Shown here: piece by piece, positions 1-7,633 of the stretch
Position numbering within the stretch: position 1 is the first letter of the stretch
Layout of the letters: every line of letters starts with the position of its first letter
IMG/VR virus record: IMGVR_UViG_2974514734_000001
Location: 32,683-96,682 of that record
DNA from: a virus
Taxonomy: Duplodnaviria > Heunggongvirae > Uroviricota > Caudoviricetes > Ackermannviridae
DNA length: 64,000 bases
Direction: 5' to 3' (one strand)
The notes under the pieces: model-generated
Seen by the model: only the letters and a program-made list of their open reading frames with translations
What the model was told of the DNA's origin: nothing
Database searches by the model: none
Position numbers and translations under genes: made by a program

Positions 1-2
1 GC

Positions 3-824
3 GCCCCTGAGAAACGCGCATTCTATCTTGACGTCGGTACTCTCGGTAAGAAATCTGCTGAAGAATACATGACCATGATGATGGGTAAATTCAAAAACCG
101 CAACGCATATGACCGCACCACTGGTAAGATAACAGGTAATGCCCATCTTATGGGTATTGCAGAGGATTATTGGTTGCCGCGCCGCGAAGGTCAGAATGCT
201 ACAGAGATTGCGACTGTTGGGGGTGGGAATCAATTGGGCGAAATGGATCACGTGAACTATTTCCGTGAAAAACTCTATGATGCTCTAATGATCCCTAAGA
301 GCCGCCTCCAAGAGGAAGGATCTATTAACATTGGGGGTTCTAACCTTGCGGAGATTACACAGGAAGAGCTGCGCTTCAGCAAGTTCTGTGCTGGGTTACG
401 ACGCCGTTACTCCCATTTCTTTATGGAATTCTTGCGCCGCCAGTTAATTTTGAAAGGCGTTACGGATGAAAAGGATTGGAATGAGAAGATCAAACCGTTT
501 ATAAAGTTTGAATTCACATCCGATAGTTACATTCGTGAACAACAAGAAAACGCTATCTTGAATGATCGTCTGGCTTCATTGAACACTGTTGAGCCATTTG
601 TTGGTTCCATTTTCTCCATAGACTACGTCATGAGAAATGTATTGCGTATGTCTGATGAAGAAGTTAAAGAACAACAAACGAAGATCGCGGAAGAGAAGAA
701 GAAAGGTCTCTATCCGAAGGTTCAAGCAGATGAAACTGGCAATTATAGCGGTTCAGATGTTAGTCCGTTGAAGTTTAAACCTGAGACTATCCCATTCTCC
801 GGTTCAACAGACGATAGTATTTAA
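3..824 (+). CDS. 20: portal vertex protein gp20, C-terminal part (5' end lies outside the window)
   Basis: Open frame from base 3 with no upstream stop; first gene of a 20-67-68-21-22-23 T4-like head gene series. Confidence 0.7.
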   Translation, partial: APEKRAFYLDVGTLGKKSAEEYMTMMMGKFKNRNAYDRTTGKITGNAHLMGIAEDYWLPRREGQNATEIATVGGGNQLGEMDHVNYFREKLYDALMIPKSRLQEEGSINIGGSNLAEITQEELRFSKFCAGLRRRYSHFFMEFLRRQLILKGVTDEKDWNEKIKPFIKFEFTSDSYIREQQENAILNDRLASLNTVEPFVGSIFSIDYVMRNVLRMSDEEVKEQQTKIAEEKKKGLYPKVQADETGNYSGSDVSPLKFKPETIPFSGSTDDSI

Positions 825-829
825 AGTTC

Positions 830-841
830 AACTAAATATAG
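830..841 (+). promoter_or_regulatory. late-promoter-like CTAAATATAG upstream of gp67
   Basis: TAAATA core similar to T4 late promoter TATAAATA, about 25 nt upstream of the ATG; flanked by an AT-rich inverted repeat TATTTA/TAAATA. Confidence 0.3.
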
Positions 842-865
842 AAAATTAATTCGGAGATCAAAATC

Positions 866-1036
866 ATGAGCGCAATTGATATCGTTCGTGCAGTAATTGA
901 CGGTGACACTGAAACTGCTGTTGCAGAATGCAACATGGAACTTGATGCACGTAGTCAAGAACTATTAAACCAAGGCACAGCATATGTTCTGGATTCTATC
1001 GCAGCTGATATGAATTCAAACAACAACGGCCAGTAA
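866..1036 (+). CDS. 67: prohead core protein gp67-like (56 aa)
   Basis: Small ORF not in the six-frame track (<60 aa); GGAGA RBS; lies between gp20 and gp68 as in T4. Confidence 0.55.
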   Translation: MSAIDIVRAVIDGDTETAVAECNMELDARSQELLNQGTAYVLDSIAADMNSNNNGQ

Positions 1037-1044
1037 GGAGATGC

Positions 1045-1362
1045 ATGATGGAAATCACAGAGATCGCCACGTTCGCTGATTTCCTGGCCTCTCGTATGGA
1101 CGAGCAGCGAGTCATCGATAAAGTGAACGCTCGTGGTAAACGCCGCCGCCGCTTGAAATGTGCCCCTGGGTTCAAATTGTCGGCTGATGGTTCACGTTGT
1201 GAAGTTATGGACGCCAGCGAACGTCGTGTTCGCAAGATCGGCAACCGCAAAGCCCTCCGCTCTAAAAAGCGTATGGGAATGGGCTATCAACGTAAAATCG
1301 AGCGCCGCAAGAAAAAGGCTATGAAGTTCCGCAAAATGATGGGACTGAGTAAGAACAAGTAA
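1045..1362 (+). CDS. 68: prohead core protein gp68-like (basic, R/K-rich)
   Basis: AAGGAG RBS; highly basic 105-aa protein in the T4 gene 68 position. Confidence 0.55.
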   Translation: MMEITEIATFADFLASRMDEQRVIDKVNARGKRRRRLKCAPGFKLSADGSRCEVMDASERRVRKIGNRKALRSKKRMGMGYQRKIERRKKKAMKFRKMMGLSKNK

Positions 1363-1369
1363 GGAGTTT

Positions 1370-2038
1370 ATGATGAAACTGTTGCGTGAGATCACAGCGA
1401 TAGGGAAGGATCTTCAAATCGGTGAGGCCACAACCTCAACTGGTGGGAAGGCCATGTTCATCGAAGGTCCGTTTGTGATGTGTAACCAAGTCAACCGTAA
1501 CGGGCGTAACTATGATCTGCAGAAAGTGGGTATTCCTGCTGTCGAAGCATACGACAAAGAGTATATCCAAGATCGTCGCGCAATCGGTGAAGTCACACAT
1601 CCTGACTATCCTTTCCCTAATCTGGTGGAAGCTGCGCTCAAAACCGAATCCCTTCGCTGGGAAGGCACTAATGCCATCGGTCGGGCGCGAATTTTAAATA
1701 CACCAAAAGGCCAAATCATACGTGCATTGGCTGAAGCAGATTTCAATCTGGCCGTGTCTACACGTGGTCTGGGCGAGACCAAGTCAGTAAACGGTTATGA
1801 CGACGTTCAACCTGGCTTTATGCTCACCGCTGTTGATGCAGTCGACCGTCCTTCTGGACAAGTTTGTTATGTTAAGGCTGTGAGTGAATCTGTTGAATGG
1901 CAGCTTGATGAGGCTTCGGGTATTTGGATGCCTCGTGATGTTAAAGGGAAAGTTGTAGACCAGTTGGTGAAAACCAATATCCAGGTTGAAGACGATTTCC
2001 TGCGCCGCCTTGATGCAGCATTGAATCATCTGGGCTGA
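1370..2038 (+). CDS. 21: prohead core scaffold protease gp21
   Basis: 222 aa, AAGGAG RBS; size and position match T4 gp21 (212 aa) between gp68 and gp22. Confidence 0.8.
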   Translation: MMKLLREITAIGKDLQIGEATTSTGGKAMFIEGPFVMCNQVNRNGRNYDLQKVGIPAVEAYDKEYIQDRRAIGEVTHPDYPFPNLVEAALKTESLRWEGTNAIGRARILNTPKGQIIRALAEADFNLAVSTRGLGETKSVNGYDDVQPGFMLTAVDAVDRPSGQVCYVKAVSESVEWQLDEASGIWMPRDVKGKVVDQLVKTNIQVEDDFLRRLDAALNHLG

Positions 2039-2047
2039 ATTTCAGCT

Positions 2048-2058
2048 CACTAAATACT
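2048..2058 (+). promoter_or_regulatory. late-promoter-like CACTAAATACT upstream of gp22, in the loop of a TTCAG/CTGAA hairpin
   Basis: CTAAATA motif 27 nt upstream of the gp22 ATG. Confidence 0.35.
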
Positions 2059-2084
2059 GAAAAATCGTTCAGAAGGAAACTATC

Positions 2085-2924
2085 ATGAAACCTGAATTGC
2101 AAAATCTGTTTGAAGGCGTTAACGGCATCAGCCCAGATTTCCTGGATAAAGTATCCAATTTGCTGGAATCGAAAGTTGAAGCGGCTCGTCTGAAAGCTAT
2201 CCAAGAAACCGAAGCAGCTGGCAACGTCGAGCGCCTGAATTTGGTAGAATCTCACCAGAAAGAAATCGCCGACCTGAAAGAAAATTTCATTCTGCAATTG
2301 GCTGGGAAAGTTGACTCATTCCTCAACGCGGTGGTTGAAGAATGGGCTAACAAAAATGCCCCAGCTATTGACGCTCAGATCAAAACTGAAGCTGCTGAAC
2401 GCTTCCTCACTGGTTTCTCCAACGTGCTGAAAGAAGCAGGTGTGAGTTTCGCTACTGACCCAGACGGTCAGATTGCCGCCCTCACCAGTCGCCTTGCTGA
2501 AGCAGAACAACGCGCCAATATGGCTAATACAGAGTTGAGCCAACTCAAAGAAAGCGAGACTAAACGCCAGCGCAATGATGTCATTGATCGTATTTGTGAA
2601 GGTATGGTTGACACCAAGAAAGACACTGTTGTCAACCTGCTGGAAGGTATTGAATTCCAGACCGAGTCTGAATTTGAATCCCGTGTGCGCACCTTCCGTA
2701 ACCTGGTAGAAGGCAAAGATGACTTCTCTGATAAAGTCGGCAAAGACAATGAAAAAGGCAAGCCGGATGGCGACAAGTCTGAAAAAGACATCAAAGAAGG
2801 TAAAAAACCGAAGAAAGAAGGTGAAGCCGACGATGATGACGATGACGATGATGACAAAGACGAAGTTGGCAAAGAAGTCAACGAAGCCGTCCGTCGCCAG
2901 ATCAGTGCTTTGCTGAACGGCTAA
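2085..2924 (+). CDS. 22: prohead scaffold protein gp22
   Basis: 279 aa, coiled-coil, very acidic C-terminus with a DDDDDDDDDK run; T4 gp22-like. Confidence 0.85.
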   Translation: MKPELQNLFEGVNGISPDFLDKVSNLLESKVEAARLKAIQETEAAGNVERLNLVESHQKEIADLKENFILQLAGKVDSFLNAVVEEWANKNAPAIDAQIKTEAAERFLTGFSNVLKEAGVSFATDPDGQIAALTSRLAEAEQRANMANTELSQLKESETKRQRNDVIDRICEGMVDTKKDTVVNLLEGIEFQTESEFESRVRTFRNLVEGKDDFSDKVGKDNEKGKPDGDKSEKDIKEGKKPKKEGEADDDDDDDDDKDEVGKEVNEAVRRQISALLNG

Positions 2925-2935
2925 TTTTAGCAGCC

Positions 2936-2962
2936 ACAGCCCTCGAAAGGGGGCTTGATTTT
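2936..2962 (+). terminator. stem-loop AGCCC-tcgaaa-GGGGCT followed by TGATTTT
   Basis: GC stem plus T-run after the gp22 stop. Confidence 0.45.
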
Positions 2963-3015
2963 GAACTACTAAGTAATTTCAACTTAACTGAATATCAATG
3001 TAAGGAACGAGCATC

Positions 3016-4338
3016 ATGACTAAGAAACTTGTAACCGAAGAAATGCGCAAACAGTGGCTGCCAGTTCTCCAAAAAGAATCTGAAGCTATTCAACCTCTGT
3101 CTGCCGAAAACGTAACCATCCGTCTGATGCAGAACCAGGCTGAATGGAACGCAAAAAACCTGGGCGAATCTGACGCACCTGGTTCTGTGAACAGCACTGT
3201 CGGTAAATGGCAGCCAGTTCTGATCGACATGGCAAAACGTCTGGCGCCGATCAACATCGCGATGGACTTCTTCGGTGTTCAGCCGCTGTCTGGTCCTGAC
3301 GGTCAGATCTTTGCACTGCGCGCTCGCCAGGGTATTGGTGACAGTTCCAACACCGCACAGTCTCGTAAAGAACTGTTCATGCAGGAAGCCGATTCCGGCT
3401 ATTCCGGTGATGGTACTGTACAGGCTGGCGACCCGTCAGGCTTTAGTCAGGCTGAGATCGAAGGTTCCGGCTCTGTCGTGACCACTATCGGTAAAGGTAT
3501 GCCGTCAAGTGACGCTGAACTGCTGGGTACTACCACCAATCCGTGGGCGCGTGTTGGTATCACCGTTCAGAAAGCGACCGTTACTGCCAAGTCTCGCGGC
3601 CTGTATGCTGATTACAGCCATGAACTGCGTCAGGATATGATGGCAATTCACGGCGAAGACGTGGATAATATCCTGTCTGACGTGATGGTAACTGAAATTC
3701 AGGCGGAAATGAACCGTGAATTCATCCGTACCATGAACTTCAGTGCTGTTCGCTTCAAAAAATTCGGCACCAACGGTGTTGTTGATATCGCGCAGGACAT
3801 CTCTGGTCGTTGGGCGCTGGAAAAATGGAAGTTCCTGACTTTCATGCTGGAAGTTGAAGCGAACGGTATCGGTGTTGACACCCGTCGTGGTAAAGGCAAC
3901 CGTGTTCTGTGTTCTCCGAACGTGGCGTCTGCTCTGGCGATGTCTGGCATGCTGGACTATGCTCCGGTTCTGCAGGAAAACACCAAGCTGGCTGTTGACC
4001 CGACTGGTCAGACCTTCGCGGGTGTTCTGTCCAACGGTATGCGCGTCTATGTTGACCCGTATGCTGTAGCAGAATATATCACCCTGGCGTACAAAGGCGC
4101 GACCGCGCTGGATGCTGGTATCTTCTTCGCGCCGTATGTGCCGCTGGAAATGTACCGCACCCAGGGTGAAACCACCTTCGCTCCGCGCATGGCGTTCAAA
4201 ACCCGTTACGGCATCTGTGCTAACCCGTTCGTACAGATTCCAGCTAACCAAGACCCGCAGGTTTACGTGACTGCTGACGGTATTGCTCAAGACAGCAACC
4301 CGTATTTCCGCAAAGGTCTGATAAAAAGTTTGTTTTAA
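3016..4338 (+). CDS. 23: major capsid protein gp23 (440 aa)
   Basis: N-terminal region alignable by eye to T4 gp23 (…DFFGVQPLSGPDGQIFALRARQG vs …AFDICGVQPMNSPTGQVFALRAVYG); follows gp22. Confidence 0.9.
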   Translation: MTKKLVTEEMRKQWLPVLQKESEAIQPLSAENVTIRLMQNQAEWNAKNLGESDAPGSVNSTVGKWQPVLIDMAKRLAPINIAMDFFGVQPLSGPDGQIFALRARQGIGDSSNTAQSRKELFMQEADSGYSGDGTVQAGDPSGFSQAEIEGSGSVVTTIGKGMPSSDAELLGTTTNPWARVGITVQKATVTAKSRGLYADYSHELRQDMMAIHGEDVDNILSDVMVTEIQAEMNREFIRTMNFSAVRFKKFGTNGVVDIAQDISGRWALEKWKFLTFMLEVEANGIGVDTRRGKGNRVLCSPNVASALAMSGMLDYAPVLQENTKLAVDPTGQTFAGVLSNGMRVYVDPYAVAEYITLAYKGATALDAGIFFAPYVPLEMYRTQGETTFAPRMAFKTRYGICANPFVQIPANQDPQVYVTADGIAQDSNPYFRKGLIKSLF

Positions 4339-4363
4339 TTAACAATAACTTACGCTATAATCA

Positions 4364-4390
4364 AACCCCGCCATGTGCGGGGTTTTCTTT
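4364..4390 (+). terminator. rho-independent terminator AACCCCGCcatgtGCGGGGTTTTCTTTTC
   Basis: 8-bp GC stem plus T-run immediately after gp23; near-identical copy at 21633-21660. Confidence 0.7.
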
Positions 4391-4430
4391 TCTAAGATAT
4401 GGGGTTATATTACTCAGAAAGGAGATCATT

Positions 4431-5276
4431 ATGACCCCGTATGTGTACAGAATAAAATCTAAACAAGGACATTTCTATTACGGATGTCGTTATTCCAAAG
4501 ATTGCCATCCCGATGATTTGTGGGCAACATATTTCACTTCTTCCTCCCTGGTTAAATCTTTAATAGAAGAAAATGGGTTAGAATTCTTTGACACCAAGAT
4601 TGTTATGGTATGTGAAACTCCAGAAGATGCTCTGCGCGTAGAAGGATTATTAATATCAAAGACTCATAAGTTTCCTGGCTGTTTGAATCAATTCCTTTGT
4701 CGTAGAGATGGAACTCCTGTCTACCTTGGCACATATGGTAAACGTGACCCAGAACTAATTGAAAGAATAGCCCAATTACACAGAGGGAAGAAAAGAAGTC
4801 CTGAATTTAGGGAATATATGAAAGCATTAAAAACAGGAACCACTTGGTCTGAAACACAAAGGAATGGTGTCAAGGCTTTCCAACAAACAGAAGCGTACCA
4901 ACAATTAAGAAACAAAATCAATACAACCAATAAAAATAGAACAAAAACTCCCGAAGAGTTGGCTTCCATTTCAACTTCCCTGAGAGGACGTAAGAAGCCC
5001 GCTGGATTTGGGGAAAGGGTATCGGCCACCAATAAAGTAAGAAACTCTTCTCTGAGCATTTGGCAAACGAATAGAGCCAAACCATTACAACACGTTTGGG
5101 CTATGGCTGACCAATTCTATCAATTATGGAAGAATGAAGGTTGGGGACATGAACGATTTTGTAACCGGATGAACGACGGGAATAATATTCGAGTGTTCTA
5201 TAACATGTACAAAATGTTCAAATACGAAAATTGGGTTCCTATGGAAGACCCTGAATGGGTAAAAGATTTCATGTAG
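4431..5276 (+). CDS. GIY-YIG homing endonuclease, Seg-like (T4 segD position)
   Basis: N-terminal YVYRIKSKQGHFYYGCR (GIY-YIG variant), NUMOD-like repeats; paralog of 35958-36680; AAAGGAG RBS. Confidence 0.7.
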   Translation: MTPYVYRIKSKQGHFYYGCRYSKDCHPDDLWATYFTSSSLVKSLIEENGLEFFDTKIVMVCETPEDALRVEGLLISKTHKFPGCLNQFLCRRDGTPVYLGTYGKRDPELIERIAQLHRGKKRSPEFREYMKALKTGTTWSETQRNGVKAFQQTEAYQQLRNKINTTNKNRTKTPEELASISTSLRGRKKPAGFGERVSATNKVRNSSLSIWQTNRAKPLQHVWAMADQFYQLWKNEGWGHERFCNRMNDGNNIRVFYNMYKMFKYENWVPMEDPEWVKDFM

Positions 5277-5336
5277 TTTTTCTTTATCTGTCCTCAGTGC
5301 TATTATGATATGGTCTATCACTGAGGAAACTACATC

Positions 5337-5777
5337 ATGTCAAAAGAAAAATACATATTCATCAGCCCCGCTACGAAGGAGTTCTTCATCTCCGACGTGA
5401 AAGATCGTGTTGAGAAGTTCCGCTACATGCGCAGCTATGGTTTGCCATCTGGTGATATTGATTATCAGTCACTGGACAATGATCGCCAAGATCTGATCGA
5501 CGACGGTTGGCGTTTAGTTCCGTCCCCTCAGTACATTCATATCACGTTGTACTACATGAAGGACAGCGGGAAGTTCTATTCCGAAGGTGAACTCGTACTC
5601 AATCGAGGAAAAGCAGAAGCCGAACCTGCCAAAACCTGGATGTTGGCGATGGATCAGATCCGTGAATTGCTGGACTCCGGCAATCTGCCTGGCCTGATCA
5701 AGGGTTCAAAATTCGACGTGTTCGTTACTGGCCAGGGTCATCCTGGTGGCTATCCACATTTGTTCCGTATTAACTGA
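5337..5777 (+). CDS. hypothetical protein (146 aa)
   Basis: ORF with GAGGAA RBS. Confidence 0.45.
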   Translation: MSKEKYIFISPATKEFFISDVKDRVEKFRYMRSYGLPSGDIDYQSLDNDRQDLIDDGWRLVPSPQYIHITLYYMKDSGKFYSEGELVLNRGKAEAEPAKTWMLAMDQIRELLDSGNLPGLIKGSKFDVFVTGQGHPGGYPHLFRIN

Positions 5778-5785
5778 GGTTCGAC

Positions 5786-6022
5786 ATGAGAATCAAAAAG
5801 ATAGGTGCAAGCCCATTGACGGGAACAATCTTCCAGGGCACATTGAACACCAAGACCAGTATGTGGGTCGGTGAGAAGACTGATGTGACCGAGGACTGTG
5901 TAGCGGCCACGGCCGAACACTTGCGCCACATTAAAAAGAAATACTGCTGGCCGACAACCGACGGCAAGTTCTTAGTGTTGTCTGCTCAGGTGTATGACAC
6001 TCTCCCTGATGAATTCAAATAA
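5786..6022 (+). CDS. hypothetical protein (78 aa)
   Basis: ORF closely following the previous gene. Confidence 0.35.
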   Translation: MRIKKIGASPLTGTIFQGTLNTKTSMWVGEKTDVTEDCVAATAEHLRHIKKKYCWPTTDGKFLVLSAQVYDTLPDEFK

Positions 6023-6039
6023 TTAAAAGAATTCAATAG

Positions 6040-6073
6040 ACGGGGTTTACTTCTTCAATAAACCCCGTATACT
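6040..6073 (+). promoter_or_regulatory. PeSL-like cassette: 10-bp stem-loop (ACGGGGTTTA/TAAACCCCGT) overlapping a T4-type early promoter (GTTTAC 6045-6050, 17-bp spacer, TATACT 6068-6073)
   Basis: Read directly; the same TTTACTTCTTCAATAA architecture recurs at 43178 and other sites. Confidence 0.6.
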
Positions 6074-6123
6074 TTCATTCCATAAGCAGCACAACACTGA
6101 CTCTGAAATGAAGGAACTACACC

Positions 6124-6588
6124 ATGACAACCGTAAAAATCTCCGTCTGGGCATTCAACAATTTCACCAAATTTGACGCGTTTGTTAAAAACGCTCTGGG
6201 CATCACCAACATAGAATCCTTCACTTCTTATGACCGCGAAGATCAGGTCAAAATGCTTCGTCCTGAAATCGACCTTGACGCAATGCTGAACGCCATCAAG
6301 AATCACGATGACAACCTGGTTGAATTCGAAAACCTCCGCACCTCTATCTTCAAAAAGAACGGTGGAATTCGTAAGCTGAGCAACAAAACCATCAAATATG
6401 TCACCGAAGGGTTCTTTGTGGTGTTCGACTTCATCGAAACCAAGCCGAACGAACTGCGTAAAGATTTAGACGGCAACGTCATCACCCTGAAAATATTTGG
6501 CGAAGCCAAGGCCGATATGATGCGTGACGGTCTGTGTGATGAGACATTCACATACGACGAATATTGCGATCAGTGCCAAGATCTGTAA
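6124..6588 (+). CDS. hypothetical protein (154 aa)
   Basis: ORF with the conserved GAAGGAACTACACCATGAC initiation region. Confidence 0.5.
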   Translation: MTTVKISVWAFNNFTKFDAFVKNALGITNIESFTSYDREDQVKMLRPEIDLDAMLNAIKNHDDNLVEFENLRTSIFKKNGGIRKLSNKTIKYVTEGFFVVFDFIETKPNELRKDLDGNVITLKIFGEAKADMMRDGLCDETFTYDEYCDQCQDL

Positions 6589-6656
6589 TTTGTTCTAAAC
6601 CATTTGAACGGGTATGTTAAAATCATACCCAACCCCTACAAATAGAGGACTATAAC

Positions 6657-6974
6657 ATGGCTTGTAAAACACCAGAAATGAAATTAGTTGTTTCTTCAAC
6701 GAGGCGTCGCAGCCGCAGTCGAAATCTCATCACCCGTTTAGATATTCTACGTCAAAAATATCAAGGCCACAGCGTGTTCACACGCATCCGTAACGCATTA
6801 AAGGAAGGGCGAACCGAGTTGGAGCTATATCGTCCGAACGGTTCGACTCGAGCGTATCAGACCACCGACGGTTTGCTGGAACTGATACGCCTATCAGGGA
6901 TGAACATAGAACCCCGTTCATCGGGAACCCCGCTATGCAGCCTGTACGTCATCAGCAATCTTGGGGTGCTGTGA
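6657..6974 (+). CDS. hypothetical protein (105 aa)
   Basis: ORF. Confidence 0.35.
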   Translation: MACKTPEMKLVVSSTRRRSRSRNLITRLDILRQKYQGHSVFTRIRNALKEGRTELELYRPNGSTRAYQTTDGLLELIRLSGMNIEPRSSGTPLCSLYVISNLGVL

Positions 6975-6979
6975 GTTCT

Positions 6980-7402
6980 ATGAAGAAGTATATCGTTCTT
7001 ATAACGGGTTCCCGTTCTATAACTGAGCGGGACAAAATATTTGCCAAATTAGATGAACTCTTAATCCCTCACGAGATAGAGACGTTTATTGAAGGTGAAG
7101 CAGTAGGTGTGGATCTGATATCCCGTGATTGGTGTGAAATCAATTATGTGCATATCACACCAATGCCGATCCCTCAAAATTACCATACGTTATATGGGAA
7201 AGGTGCGGGCAATCAACGTAACAAAGATATGCTGGACAAGGCTCTAACATTGGCGAAGCAAAAAGATCTTGAGGTCTTTGGAATTGCATTATGGGATGGT
7301 TCGTCTACTGGGACGCAAGACATGATCAAGCGCATGAAGAAAGCGGGAATAAATGTCAATATCACTCTCATGGGCAAACCCAAAACCAAACGATTGTTAT
7401 AA
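6980..7402 (+). CDS. hypothetical protein, possible SLOG/DprA-LOG-like nucleotide-binding domain
   Basis: N-terminal KKYIVLITGSRS…GVD motif; weak, from memory of the family. Confidence 0.3.
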   Translation: MKKYIVLITGSRSITERDKIFAKLDELLIPHEIETFIEGEAVGVDLISRDWCEINYVHITPMPIPQNYHTLYGKGAGNQRNKDMLDKALTLAKQKDLEVFGIALWDGSSTGTQDMIKRMKKAGINVNITLMGKPKTKRLL

Positions 7403-7405
7403 ATA
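7398..7405 (+). promoter_or_regulatory. exact T4 late promoter consensus TATAAATA
   Basis: TATAAATA, 27 nt upstream of the ATG at 7433 (GAGGAG RBS). Confidence 0.45.
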
Positions 7406-7432
7406 AATTTGCCACCCATGAGGAGTTATACC

Positions 7433-7603
7433 ATGTTACAAATACTGTTGGTGCTTTGTGTCGCATTTACCATGTACTTCATGGCGCGCATCTGTTTTAT
7501 TACTTTAGATGACATGAAGGGTATCCCGCGTGACCCCAAATTCATCTTTCTGAAGAAGTTTGCCAAAAAGTTCTCAGAAAACTTTATTTATCATCTACCA
7601 TGA
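7433..7603 (+). CDS. small hydrophobic/membrane protein (56 aa)
   Basis: MLQILLVLCVAFTMYFMARICFI… hydrophobic N-terminus; GAGGAG RBS. Confidence 0.4.
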   Translation: MLQILLVLCVAFTMYFMARICFITLDDMKGIPRDPKFIFLKKFAKKFSENFIYHLP

Positions 7604-7607
7604 TTAA

Positions 7608-7632
7608 ATACCCCCAAAATTGGGGGTATTTT
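7608..7632 (+). terminator. stem-loop ATACCCCCAaaatTGGGGGTAT plus TTTT, directly before the ATG at 7634
   Basis: GC stem, T-run; TTAAATA motif overlaps its 5' side. Confidence 0.5.
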
Positions 7633-7633
7633 T

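Noticed and set aside
3505-4290. 261-aa minus-strand ORF
   Set aside because: It lies entirely antisense within gp23 and is an artefact of that gene's codon bias. The same applies to 45584-46663 (inside the 795-aa gene), 20273-20824, 24192-24740, 17014-17571, 16129-16560 and 2468-2881 (a poly-Ser frame antisense to the acidic tail of gp22).
3016-5276. gp23 (440 aa, shorter than T4's 521 aa) being interrupted by an intron or intein carrying the adjacent GIY-YIG gene
   Set aside because: The gp23 ORF ends at a clean stop followed by a strong terminator (4364-4390). The ORFs downstream of the endonuclease have no capsid-like sequence. The layout matches T4's freestanding 23-segD arrangement.
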